Shown in pieces: positions 39,010-51,059 of a DNA stretch of 64,000 nucleotides. The number at the start of each line of letters is the position of its first letter. The first letter of the stretch is position 1. The notes beneath the pieces were generated by a model, which saw nothing but the letters and a program-made list of their open reading frames with translations, had not been told where the DNA came from and searched no databases. A program made the translations under genes and the position numbers. The DNA comes from Rhynchobatus australiae (lineage: Eukaryota). Location of the stretch: contig JAUZTB010000069.1 of assembly GCA_034780895.1 (NCBI GenBank), forward strand, positions 18,338,064-18,402,063, in the 5' to 3' direction.

Positions 39010-40090
39010 CCTCCAATTCAACTGACATTGTTCACAGTTCTTTCTCAGCAGAAGCCACCCCTCTGCTAATATCTGCCGTCATCACCCCACCACAAAGTAA
39101 ACAAACCCTTTAACACCCCCTCCCCCACTTCCTTACTAACTATTACCCCATGAACCAACCTCCATTTCCTCTTGAAAGTCCTTGAATTTGTGAGCATCTT
39201 TCTAGGAACTCTATGCTTGAACTCTCCAGACAAATTTACACTCTGTTCCAATACCAAAATAATTCTGATCAAGGTTCCAAATGTGATAGTGGTAAATATT
39301 CCACATCTTCCTCTTTGATATGTCTGCAGCCCTTACCACAAATGACATCATTCTCCTCCAATCATCTGGATCAGATCAGACTCACCTGATTCCATTCTTA
39401 TTTATCCCATGGTGGCCGCAGGCTGCAATGGTTTCCCTTCTTACTCCTACATAATTACCTCTGAGGTTCCTAAAAGATCTGTAGTTGGCCTCTCTTCTTT
39501 CTCACACAGAGGCTGTCCTTCAGCAGCAGCATCATCTGAAAACTTTAGTTTCCACATACACTAGTAATACTTAGATGTACCTCACTACCACTTGGCCCCT
39601 CTTAATACTCTAAATTGTCAGTATGCTTGTCCAATATTTAGCACTGGATAATCAGAAATTAATTCTATCTAATATCAGCTGTCCCAGGTCCCAGTACAAA
39701 TTGTTCTCCAGCCACCCACTCCACCCTCCCTCTAGCAAAACTCTGATGCTAAACCAAAGTGTTTGTAATCTTGCTTCTATATTTTATCCATTCAATCATT
39801 AAGATATCCACATCAGTAACATTACCTAATGTTGCTTGCTTTAGCATATCTGTTGCTGAAACCTTCCTTTATGTCCTGTTGTCTGAGTACTTCCAATTTT
39901 ATTTGTTCCAATACTGGGTGCAATGACTTCAAACTGTCAAGACTCAAAGCTCTGAATTTCATCCCTAAACTTCTCTCTTTCCTCCTCTAAGACACTCCTT
40001 AAAACTGGCTACTTGGATTAAGCTTTGGGTTTCTACCTCAAGGTGGCTTGGTGTTAAAATATTGTTTGGTAACTATCCAGTGAAATAACT
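39010..40090 (+). mobile_element. Ancient L2-like LINE remnant
   Basis: attacctctgaggttcctaaaagatctgtagttggcc resembles ITSGVPQGSVLGP; ttccacatacactagtaatacttagatgtacctc resembles FHxYADDTQLYL; aagacactccttaaaact resembles the KTLLKT tail. Confidence 0.65.
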
Positions 40091-40979
40091 TGGCTGATTT
40101 AGTGAATGTACCAAAAGCACACACAAATACAAGTTGCTGTTGCCGTTCCTTGTACTAGGGCACTTATATACCAGCACCACACTGGGGTAATAAAGAGTTT
40201 TAAATTACGTAGACATATTGCAAAGACTATCCTTGCATTCTTTTGTGCTTATAAGACCAATGGGCAATTTAAATTACCTATTATTAAGGGGCATCGATAG
40301 GAAGGACAGAAAACTCTTTACTTTGATAGGAATCTCAGAACATGAAGCATAACCTTAAAATGAGAGCAGGATCATTCAGATGCAATATCAGGAATCATTC
40401 TTCACATAGACACTGGAATTCTTCCCTCCCCAAATTAAGCTCTTGAGACAGTGTGCCAATTGGAGTCCTCAAAACTTAGATTTTTGTGAGGTAAGTGTAC
40501 CTAGTGATAGGGAATCAAGGCAGTTAAATGAATTTAAGACAATAATCTAAATGCCTAGCAGAAAAGGTTTGAAGATTGATGGAGGTGATATTTGTGTATG
40601 ACCATAGAGAGCTTGTGATCTTGCCAGGCATACCTTTGAGCCAGTGTCACTGGGTTTGGAATAGGAGTGAAGGCTAATCCCACTACCACTGCCACTCACA
40701 GCCAAAGTGGCAGAGCCACTCGTGGCACCCTGGTACTGCTGCAGCACCTGACCAGCCAGAGATCAATGTCTGCAAGCTTTCTGATAAATGCAAACATTGA
40801 ACCTTTGAGAAGCAGGTGGAACTTTAAACAAAGCGGATCATCATAATTTACATTGCACTGTATGAGCTGGTGGTTTGGGCAAGGAAGAGGGAGAAAGTGG
40901 TGAACCGCAGGAAGTTCGGTGGAGAGCATGGGGCAGTGCCTGCTCCCCCCCCCCATTTTAAAATTATTACACAAACTAT

Positions 40980-41525
40980 AGACTCATAGAATACAGCATG
41001 GAAGCAGGCCCTTCAGCCCATCGAGTCCGCACTGACCATCAACCACCCATTTATATTAATCCTATATTAATTCCATTTTTAATTCTCCCCACATTGACAT
41101 CATCTCCCTCCAGATTCTACCTATCACCTACAGCATGGGCAATTTCCAGTGGTGAATTAACCCACCAACCCACATATCCTTGGGACCTGAGAGGAAAATG
41201 GAGCACTCAGAGGAAAAGCACACTGTCACAGAGGGAATGTAAGGATCTTTGAGTCCTCATTGTCCACGGGGATGGTGCTGGAGGATTGGAGGGTGGCTAA
41301 TGTTGTCCCCTTGTTNNNNNNNNNNNNNNNNNNNNNNNNNNNNNNNNNNNNNNNNNNNNNNNNNNNNNNNNNNNNNNNNNNNNNNNNNNNNNNNNNNNNN
41401 NNNNNNNNNNNNNNNTCTATGGTTCTATGTGCAAATTCCACACTAAAAGCACGAGGTCAGGCTTGAACCTGGGACTCTAGAGCTGTAAAGCAGTAGTTCT
41501 ACTACCTGCGCCACTGTGCTGCCAC
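40980..41525 (-). mobile_element. V-SINE split by a plus-strand CR1 insertion (~41241-41426)
   Basis: V-domain gaggaaaatggagcactcagaggaaaagcacactgtcacagagggaatgt resumes as gcaaattccacac; insert reads STGMVLEDWRVANVVPL and ends tctatggttct. Confidence 0.8.
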
Positions 41526-42018
41526 TGTGTACAGTGCTTGCCTATGATTTGTGCATATATAAATTTGGAAGTCTTTGGATGTGGATCAGGACAAAATCCT
41601 TTCCCTCCATGGTATTTCATAATTCTAAAAAAATGCACTTAAAGCACAAAATTTAAAAAAAATTGGAGCAGAGGGCAGCTTTTTTCTAGAGAGAGGAAGA
41701 TGAACAGAATTCATCATTTACTCACTAATGTTATTGTTGGATATAAAATCTTTGCATAATTCTTTCCACTTCATACAAACACTAAGATGACACTTTGGAT
41801 GCTGATGGCAGAATGAAGATTTGGGATCCAACCAATCGAAAGAGGGCATTTAGGAGCAATCCAAATGTAAATCAGGCCAGTCCAGAGTAGTGCAAGTGGC
41901 AGCTTTGGTCTGTACCAGGGCAGTGGGGAATCAATCTGGTCCAGGGTGTTGTGTTGATAAATACTCTGGCAGGTAATGTTCATACTGTGGTGGGTGAAGC
42001 TAAAGGAAGTTGATGGTG

Positions 42019-42127
42019 TCAGCTAGGATCTTCCATTTTGTAGTAAGGTGGTAGCTCAGAGATTCTGTCAATGGACTTAAGTAGCTCAGCTGCCAGGCGT
42101 AATGTTTCTGCTCCAGATATGAGCTGC
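42019..42127 (-). CDS. ENTR1: ENTR1 last coding exon
   Basis: cttttag|G CAG; QLISGAETLRLAAELLKSIDRISELPPYYKMEDPS* resembles human QLVSGAETLNLVAEILKSIDRISE. Confidence 0.95.
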
Positions 42128-42850
42128 CTAAAAGTAAGGGGGATAAAAACAGCACATGAAGGCACAGTGTGCAAGCTTGGCAAATTTTACATTGTTAATA
42201 ATTTTGATTTCCTGTGAGTTGCATTGATATAAATCTTCATAGGAAAAAAATCTCTATAACATTGATTCTACTGGGACTTGAATCCATACAAGCTGGGAAA
42301 CACTTCAATTCTGAAATAAACACAGACAATGCTGGAAACACTCAGCAAATCTGAATCCTTCCTCAGCTAGGGTTAACATGGATTCTCCTCAAGTTATTCA
42401 AGTCATAATCAGGGACGGCCAAATCAGAGGCCAATGGTAGGGCCCCTCCTGGCTGAGCAACTGGGCACACCATGGCCTGTGCTGTTCAGGGCCAGCCTGA
42501 TTGGACCTTTAAACCACAGTACTACTGTGGGACTCATCTTCCTCAATGGCAAAATGAAGAGTTCATCTCCAAAATGCTCCCCCGGTCTGAACAGTGGAAG
42601 ATGGAGATGACATAGTTAGCCACCTCAAGGAGGCACTTCAGTGAGAAATGAATGAGGGACTGGGTCTGAGAGAAATGGAATATTTTGGATGGGATTGAGA
42701 GGTACAAAATGAACAAAGGTGCTTCCCTTTCCTAACCCCTTATCCCATTCACTCCAATTATTTCCCTTTCCTCTAGTGTCTCTGATATTTATTTTATTAT
42801 TATAAAGCACTTGTTATCTTCCTGTGAAGAACAACCAGTCAGATGCTTAC

Positions 42851-42990
42851 TTCACTGAGGCCTCTGCTTCATGTGCAGTCTTCATTAGATAGTCTGAAGC
42901 AAGTCGGGCACTGTTTTTTGCTGAATTCAGAGCAGCAGAATCTTGAGATCGAAGCCTTTCATTCTCAGACTTGCACTGTTGCAGTTCAGC
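42851..42990 (-). CDS. ENTR1: ENTR1 exon (140 bp, coiled coil)
   Basis: ctgacag|GCT...AA|gtaagc; AELQQCKSENERLRSQDSAALNSAKNSARLASDYLMKTAHEAEASVK. Confidence 0.92.
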
Positions 42991-43164
42991 CTGTCAGGAT
43001 GAAACAAAGACATACCGAGATACACATACAGAGGAGAGTGAAGCTGGGATGGGGAAAGAAGAGAGAGAAAGAGACAAGAGAGAAAGAGCGATGAGAGAAA
43101 GGGTAGAGAGAGAAAAAGAGAGGGAGAGTTATTAGGGAAAAAAAACAGAAAATTCACACTCTAC

Positions 43165-43227
43165 CTGTAGAGTTGCAAGTTCCTGCCTCAGTTTAGTCAC
43201 AGTGTTCTCTGCTTTCACTGCCCGTTT
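43165..43227 (-). CDS. ENTR1: ENTR1 exon (63 bp)
   Basis: atttcag|AAA...CAG|gtagag; KRAVKAENTVTKLRQELATLQ. Confidence 0.95.
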
Positions 43228-43673
43228 CTGAAATTGATTAATAGATGCAAAGATTTAGTTACAAACCCAGTTATTTCAGTGCTGGTTGCTTTCCCTCAGG
43301 CAATTGTATTTGTCAAAAGATCTGAGTAACACTTAAACCAATATGAATGTGAGCCAGGAAGAGTTTTAATTTCCTTCTATGATCTAAGCCTCATTAGCCA
43401 CGTCAACTGAGCTGGAAGTATGAGCTAACGCAATTGTCTTCTATATTCCAGTACATTGTCCAGGGCAATGCTCCCAACCCCAACACTGAGATAACTTCTC
43501 CCTGCTGGCTTTTTGAATCCAAAGGTGCAGGTAATAGCCACAAATGTTACAGGAGAATTGAACTGGGATGCAGTTCAGAGAGAGCCCCACAGGGCTGGAG
43601 TACCAAGAAAGGCTACATTAGCAGGGGCTCTATTGAATAGGGCTTGCCCTTTCTCACAACGTCTTGTCCTCAC

Positions 43674-43888
43674 CGTCATCAGTTGCAGATTCTCNNNNNN
43701 NNNNNNNNNNNNNNNNNNNNNNNNNNNNNNNNNNNNNNNNNNNNNNNNNNNNNNNNNNNNNNNNNNNNNNNNNNNNNNNNNNNNNNNNNNNNNNCTCTTC
43801 TACTTGCTGAACCATTGCTTCTAATGCTCGTGCTTCCTTCTCCTCTTTAATATTTCTTCTCTCCAGCTCTTCTTCCAATTTCCTGGTC
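43674..43888 (-). CDS. ENTR1: ENTR1 exon (112 bp after removing a spurious 100-N gap and a 3-bp overlap)
   Basis: ccctag|G ACC; TRKLEEELERRNIKEEKEARALEAMVQQVEE-NLQLMT|gtgagg. Confidence 0.92.
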
Positions 43889-44602
43889 CTAGGGAAATGG
43901 CCAGTGGACACTAAGCATTACAGCACATCAGGAATTCTTTCATTACTCCCTCTCTTTGTGGTCTTCCAGACTAGCAACACAAAATGCCCCTTTCCCCAAA
44001 CACCACCCATAACTCCTCACCACCTTGATGAAGCTCATGTTCTTCTGACACCAATCACTGTGGCCTCATCTCTTTCCCCAAATTCAATAGCAATTTGACA
44101 CAGGAGTGATTCTACTATGGCACATTTTCTGCAGTATCACTACAGCTGACATATCACAGAATTTGACCCATGTGGTCAAAGATGAATTTGAATCTGGGCT
44201 GCACAGGTGAAAGGTTAGTGACCAAACCCTTCCATCCAATGCGCAGCAGTTCAATGAAGGGAAAAGGAATACAACAGTGTTGAAGTTCAATTTAAGCTAG
44301 ATATACACAATGTGATCCTAGTATCTATTCACAGTTGGGAAGGACAACAGCCTAAGGCAATAACCCAAGCTCAACGGAATAATCACTGTCTTGACTNNNN
44401 NNNNNNNNNNNNNNNNNNNNNNNNNNNNNNNNNNNAACTAGGTGTATTGAGTTCATTCAAGAGCTAGAAGGCCGTTCTCAAATAAAATTGCAGGGACAAA
44501 AAACACGAAAAGCAGGTTGTTGCCAGTTGCACTGCATTTCCTATTCATGCTACATTCCTTTTTTGATCTCCTTTCAAAACTCTTATGCAAAATTCTTCAT
44601 AC

Positions 44603-44676
44603 CTCTTTACGTGGTTCTTTGCCAGTTGCTTTGCTTCTTTAGTTTGTCTTCGCAGTAGAGCATTTTCTTCTTTTAG
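44603..44676 (-). CDS. ENTR1: ENTR1 exon (74 bp)
   Basis: ttttccag|CTA...AG|gtatga; LKEENALLRRQTKEAKQLAKNHVK resembles human LKDENSKLRRKL. Confidence 0.92.
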
Positions 44677-45159
44677 CTGGAAAAGGAATGAGGATTATTT
44701 CTAATAACTCCAGCTCTTGGTGCCACTGGTGATGTCTCTACCTTTGCTACCTTCAGACTTGATCTTTCTCATGCTCTCTAGGAAGGCTTTGCATCTTCCA
44801 GTCCAATTTATTCAAAATTCTGCTGTCTATATCCTAACTCACATCTACTCTTGTTCATTCGCCATCCAATTTGTTTGCTGAGATATAGTAGCTCCTTGTC
44901 CAGAAACACCTCAAGTTTAAAATTCTCATCCCCCCACGTTGAAATCCCTTGATNNNNNNNNNNNNNNNNNNNNNNNNNNNNNNNNNNNNNNNNNNNNNNN
45001 NNNNNNNNNNNNNNNNNNNNNNNNNNNCACACCCTACTAAACACTAAAGTTCCTTCTATAAACTTCACTCAGCTTTTACAGATCAATCCAGTAAATCCCA
45101 CTGCTTTGTCCTTTCCTCATCTCTGCAATTTTTTTCAAATATTTATCCAATTCTTATTA

Positions 45160-47706
45160 CAGGTATTCCTTGACTTACGAACACTTTACTTATGAATTTT
45201 CACCCTAATGCAATTGACTCCTATGGGTATCTGTCCTTGATTTATGAAGCTTTTCTTGCTATAACAAAAGTCCATCAATCTCCACCCATTGTGCATTTGT
45301 ATGGTACTTCTTTCCACACCATTCCGATTTTGTCAGCATTGCAGCACTTTTTACTGGAATCCATTAGGATTTATTCTGTACATCCTTTGAAATGGCTTCA
45401 AAATCCCCCAGCAGTTCTGAGGATTACACGTACTCTAAGAAAAAAAGGACAAACTATAACTATTAATATTAAACTGGATGTACTGATAGGAATTAGAAAA
45501 GACAAGCATTTGGTGCACATCAGATGTTCAATGGTGTGAACAATCCTAAAAATGTGGACAGAAGTTGGTGCTCAAATGTTACACCTGGCAATATTATGAT
45601 GGTCAGAGATGGTATAATGCAGTGAATGCAATAAGTGTGGTCATAAGATCAGAATCAACAGCACGTGCCCCTGGGAACACATGCTGTTGATTCTGATCTT
45701 CTAACCACACTTATTGTATTNNNNNNNNNNNNNNNNNNNNNNNNNNNNNNNNNNNNNNNNNNNNNNNNNNNNNNNNNNNNNNNNNNNNNNNNNNNNNNNN
45801 NNNNNNNNNNNNNNNNNNNNTGATCTTCTAACCACACTTATTGTATTCACTGCATTATGACATCTCTAGGGGAAAAAAAGATCATTATGGCTAGAACACA
45901 AGGAGGGCGATGGATCTTCCGAGGCCAATAAATTCAAGGCCAGCCAGGGCTGATTTGAACATTTCAAGAAACATGCAAACCTGCATAATGTTTGTCTTGT
46001 GCAGGTAACATAGAGGCAAAAAGTTTTCCAAAGACAACAAAATAAATCAATGAGCAAGATAATTACTCTCCTAACCTTAACATCGATCAGACCAGCTTTT
46101 TTTGAAGGAATTTATTTTAAGGAGGTGAAAACTGCTCCAGTCTTCAAGTGTCAAATACCCCCACACTCTTCTCCTTGTAGGGTCTTTGTACACTTAAGCC
46201 TTACTTAATATATCACACAAAGAACTCAATCTTCTGGTGGCATGGTGATACAACAAAATATATGGATGACAGTGTTGCTCTTCCAAGATTATAACATGCC
46301 AATTCTCTCCACCTTCATCAATATTGTGAGAGGAGTAACCCAGACAACAAAATCTTTCTCATCGATGACAATCCTTCCAAACATTTGGTTAAAATTAACA
46401 AGAAGACTGGTAACATCCAGGTAAAGTTTTCACCAACTAACACCATTCCATTGCTGCAACCCATGGACCAGGGTGCTATCACTATTTTCAAGTCTTACTA
46501 TTTACAGAATGTAATGAGACACGTCATTTTGGAGTTGAACTTCAATGATAAAACCTCCATTTAGGAAGTTTGGAAGAGAAATAACATCAAGAGAGCCATA
46601 GACTATACCAGTGCTTCTTGGGATAAAAAAAATCTCTCGAGAAGAAGTTGTCAACTTGGCAAATTGGGCTGGGTTTGATGAATCAGACCAGGGTGACATG
46701 GAAGTTATTGGAATCTCATACTAAAGAACTTACAAATGGGAATCTGATAGAGCTTGAGTAACAAAGTTCACAAGAGGAGGAAGAAGCTACTGACATACCA
46801 CCATCCTCACGGAAACAGTTCTCTGGGAAAGGCTTTCAGTGATGTTCTTCTGCTTCAGGTACCTTCAAAGATGACAATCCCAATATGTACCACAATAGTA
46901 GATGTGGCCATAATAGAAAATGTTGTGCTTTGGCTATAAGAAGCTTTAATCAGAACAAAAACAGCTATCCACATTACCATTAGCACCTCCTTTAAACCTT
47001 GTTCATTAACAATCACTGAAGGTACCCTTGCCAATAGTGTTACAAGCAAGCACCACCAATTATTCTGCCTCTCACCTCCCCTGGCATCACTTTCACTTGT
47101 AAAGTTACTATTACCACTCACTTACAAAGAATAGGAGCAACAGTGGCTCACTTGGCACGTCAAACCAGCTCAGCCCTTCAACAAAATCATGGCTCATCTG
47201 AGTACCTCAATTCTGCATTGCCATCTTCTTGTGATAATCCATCTCAAAGAATCAAGAATCCATCTCAAAGAAGATTCTGCTTCAACCAGTCTTTGAAGAA
47301 GAGAATGCCTTAGAGTCACAACCGTCTTAGACAAAAAAATTGCCTTATCTCTGCCTTAAATGAGTTAGCTTTATTTTGAAACAATGACGTCTCCCACAAG
47401 AGAATGCATCCAGGCTGTTAAGTCTCCGTAGAATCTTGTATGTTTCATTCAGTGAGTTCCTGAAGAGGTACATTGTGTATATTTTTATAATCTTATTTTA
47501 AGGTTTCATTGTTCATGAAATGGTATTTCATTATTTCAGACATTTGTGTTGGTGTATTTTTAAAAGGGTCCTTGATTCTTGAGCTCCAGAACTCAACCAG
47601 AGATTTGACATTGAAACTAATGGGAAATGCCTTTTTAATTTACAAATTTTCACTGAATGAAATATTCTCTTTAACTATAAAGCTTTGGTAAATCAAGGAA
47701 TACCTG
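45160..47706 (+). mobile_element. Full-length degenerate Tigger/pogo (Tc1/mariner superfamily) DNA transposon
   Basis: TIRs ta|caggtattccttgacttac (45160) and gtaaatcaaggaatacctg (47688-47706), one mismatch; transposase relics KKGQTITINIKLDVL, KFKASQG*FEHFKKHANLHNV, LLQPMDQGAITIFKSYY. Confidence 0.9.
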
Positions 47707-48092
47707 TTCCACTAACCATAACACTCCATGTCAGCGAATTGGCAGTACGTTTTAACCATTCTCTGTAAGAAAAAAACATTTTCTTACATTGCCTCTGATA
47801 TTTCTTGCCAATCACTTTAAATCTTTTCCCTTCAGCCATTTCTTTGTTTTGTGAATTTAAACAACCCATTGCTTCCCTAAAGCCTTCTTTGGTCTAAGGA
47901 CAGCATACCCAACTTCTCCCATCTACAGTATCCAGGTAATTGTATTCTCTCATACCTGGAACCTGCCAATAAATTTCCTCTGTACCTTCTCCAAAGCCCT
48001 CAAACCCTTGTTAAAATTGATGGCTTAACGAGACCTGGTTTGGGGGGGGTGGGGTGTTAAACAACCAGTATTTTGTAAGGATTTGAACTTAC

Positions 48093-48530
48093 CTTCTCGT
48101 TGCTTAATAACTGGCTTTGATAGAGAACCTCTCCAACCAAGTCAAAGTGATCTTTTGGAGGGTCACGGCTGTCAAGAGAGGGGTCCAGTTGTGAGGCTGC
48201 ATTCCCTTTGCTATGATCTTCTTCCTCCTCCTCTTCATCATCCACTTGCCATTCAGATGGTGCATACTGGGCACTGTCATGATGTAATGGGTCAGTGGGG
48301 CTCAGTGTAAGTGGGGTATGGGACACACCCTGGAGCAAGTTGGAGATGCCAAAGTCATGAGCAGCTTCAATAATGGCAGGCTGGTATGTTTCACTCCAGT
48401 CATCATCCTCTTCATCCAAAGAAGGACTGTTGGGCATCGGATCTGGGAAGTAGCTCTCTGGAAAATTCAGCTTTAAGTTCAGTTCTTTGGGTGCAGCCAG
48501 ACCCCCTTCAAAGGCAATTCCTATTGAGTC
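48093..48530 (-). CDS. ENTR1: ENTR1 large internal exon (438 bp)
   Basis: ccactgcag|GAC...AAG|gtaagt; YFPDPMPNSPSLDEEDDDWSETYQPAIIE resembles human FFEDP...LDEEEDEDTGWSGAYLPSAIE. Confidence 0.9.
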
Positions 48531-49219
48531 CTGCAGTGGAAGGTTTGAGTGAGGAAAGGCAGAAGACAGTGGTGTAGGAGGAGGGAGGAGTTAATAAAAA
48601 TCAAGTAAGTAAGAAATACATCATTAGTGAAACTTCCAGGAAATAGAATGGCAAATTATATGGTATCTTCAAAATAACAGAGCACTATCACATAAGAGCA
48701 TTGTCAAAGAAAACTTCACATCAAGCTACATTCTTAAGGAGTTGCATCTATTGTTAAAAAAAATCTATAAGAATAATTGGTCTTGTAACTCAGTTTAACA
48801 AGTCAGCCTTTGCAGGATGAAAATCATTTTAATGATCAGAGGACAACTAATTAGAATCAAGGATTATAGCAGCATAAACAAAGAAGGTGTTGATCTGGCA
48901 TGTTATGCATAGATCAGTTCTTTGAAAGAGTTATCTAATTTGTCCCTTTCTCTTATCCTTTCCCATAACCCTTAATTTTTTTTTCTCAAGTACTTATACA
49001 ATTTTCTTTTAAGAGCTCTTACTAAATCTCCTTAAGCCTTGTAACCCTCTGTGTTCTCCAATTCTGACGTCATGCAGACCTTTAGTGTTCATTGTTCCCC
49101 CACTGGTGGTCTTGCTGTCAGCTACCTGGGCCCAAGATCTGAAACCTCCTCCTTAAACATATCCTACCTACCTCTAGGAGAAGTGTTACCATCTCAAAGC
49201 TTTAGACTGATTAAGCCAG

Positions 49220-49418
49220 TGGACAAAAACATGGCAGATACAGTATACCATGTATAAATGTTAAATTTTGGGAGGAAAGATGGAAAGGAAATGTATTATT
49301 TAAATGATATTAGATTAGTAAGTGTTGATGTACAACGGGATTTGGGTGTCCATATACTCCAATCACTGGAAGCAAACACGCTGGTACAGCAAGCACTTAA
49401 GAAGGTTGGCCTTCTTAA
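49220..49418 (+). mobile_element. CR1 RT fragment running into a gap
   Basis: FGRKDGKEMYYLNDIRLVSVDVQRDLGVHILQSLEANTLVQQALKK. Confidence 0.8.
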
Positions 49419-51059
49419 NNNNNNNNNNNNNNNNNNNNNNNNNNNNNNNNNNNNNNNNNNNNNNNNNNNNNNNNNNNNNNNNNNNNNNNNNNNNNNNNNN
49501 NNNNNNNNNNNNNNNNNNNNNNNNNNNNNNNNNNNNNNNNNNNNNNNNNNNNNNNNNNNNNNNNNNNNNNNNNNNNNNNNNNNNNNNNNNNNNNNNNNNN
49601 NNNNNNNNNNNNNNNNNNNNNNNNNNNNNNNNNNNNNNNNNNNNNNNNNNNNNNNNNNNNNNNNNNNNNNNNNNNNNNNNNNNNNNNNNNNNNNNNNNNN
49701 NNNNNNNNNNNNNNNNNNNNNNNNNNNNNNNNNNNNNNNNNNNNNNNNNNNNNNNNNNNNNNNNNNNNNNNNNNNNNNNNNNNNNNNNNNNNNNNNNNNN
49801 NNNNNNNNNNNNNNNNNNNNNNNNNNNNNNNNNNNNNNNNNNNNNNNNNNNNNNNNNNNNNNNNNNNNNNNNNNNNNNNNNNNNNNNNNNNNNNNNNNNN
49901 NNNNNNNNNNNNNNNNNNNNNNNNNNNNNNNNNNNNNNNNNNNNNNNNNNNNNNNNNNNNNNNNNNNNNNNNNNNNNNNNNNNNNNNNNNNNNNNNNNNN
50001 NNNNNNNNNNNNNNNNNNNNNNNNNNNNNNNNNNNNNNNNNNNNNNNNNNNNNNNNNNNNNNNNGTGGCAGACAAATGCAAAAGAAAATTAAATGACACA
50101 GCTCAATAAATGTATTGTAAAACCGAGTAAGCTGGTCTTGATCAGGGCACTGCCAAATTACTAAATTTGGCTTTTGAAACTCTAGTTTAGGAAGGGGTAA
50201 AAATAGAATCAGCCTGCACTGGTGGGTTATACTGGGAAGCATCTAATGGAGACTGGATAGCTTGCCACGTCCCCAAAACTAAACAGTCCAGTGCTATTTA
50301 TGACACCATCTCCTGAGTCTAATAGGGAAGCAGCTTCCTACCCCCATCATTTCCCCATGGACCAAATAAGGAACAATGGATATTAAATGAATTAGGAGCT
50401 ATGGGGCTAGGAAGATGGTGCCAAGATAGAAGATCAGCTAAGATCTTGCTGAAGAGCAGAGCTGCTTTGAGGGACTGCTTCCAATTCCTTATGTTCTTAA
50501 CCCCAGGACCAAAGAGTCCAGGATTATTCATAATAGTATCAGCCACCTGGCAATAAGTTGCACTTTCTCCTGTGCCCACCTTCAGAAACCTTAGTATATA
50601 ATTCAAACCAATATTCCCAACATAGAGCTGTGGATGTGATGCACCGTTGGAGGGAAATTAATGTACCATTTGCCTCTCAGATGGATACAAAAGAACCTAC
50701 AACATCATTACAAAGAGCAAAGAAGTTGTCCCAATTCTTTGGGGAATTTTCATCCCTCAATCAATACTTGGAACAAAATAACTGGTCCATTATCGCAGAG
50801 TTTCTTTGGGCATTTCTTTACCAGAGTCTCTCCGCAGTATGATAACAGCCGTTTGAGGAACTGCAGTAATTTCTGACACATTCAGGGAATGGTCAGTGAT
50901 CACTGATAAAATCCCAGGGGTGACCTGTAATCAGAGGCACACTTCCTGGGGAAATGCCACATAAAGCACTCTAATAAAAGGCCACTGATCCAAATCATTA
51001 ACTCTGTTTCTCTCTCCACAGATACTGCCCGACCAGCGGAGCATTTCCAGTATTTTCTG

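Noticed and set aside
39381-39450. Minus-strand CAG|gtgagt with an upstream gccaccATGg as a candidate SNAPC4 first exon
   Set aside because: Lies within the antisense of an L2-like relic, has no similarity to the SNAPC4 N-terminus, and ends in phase 0 where phase 1 is needed
43050-43140. GA-rich tract giving short charged or hydrophobic ORFs
   Set aside because: Low-complexity intronic sequence in ENTR1
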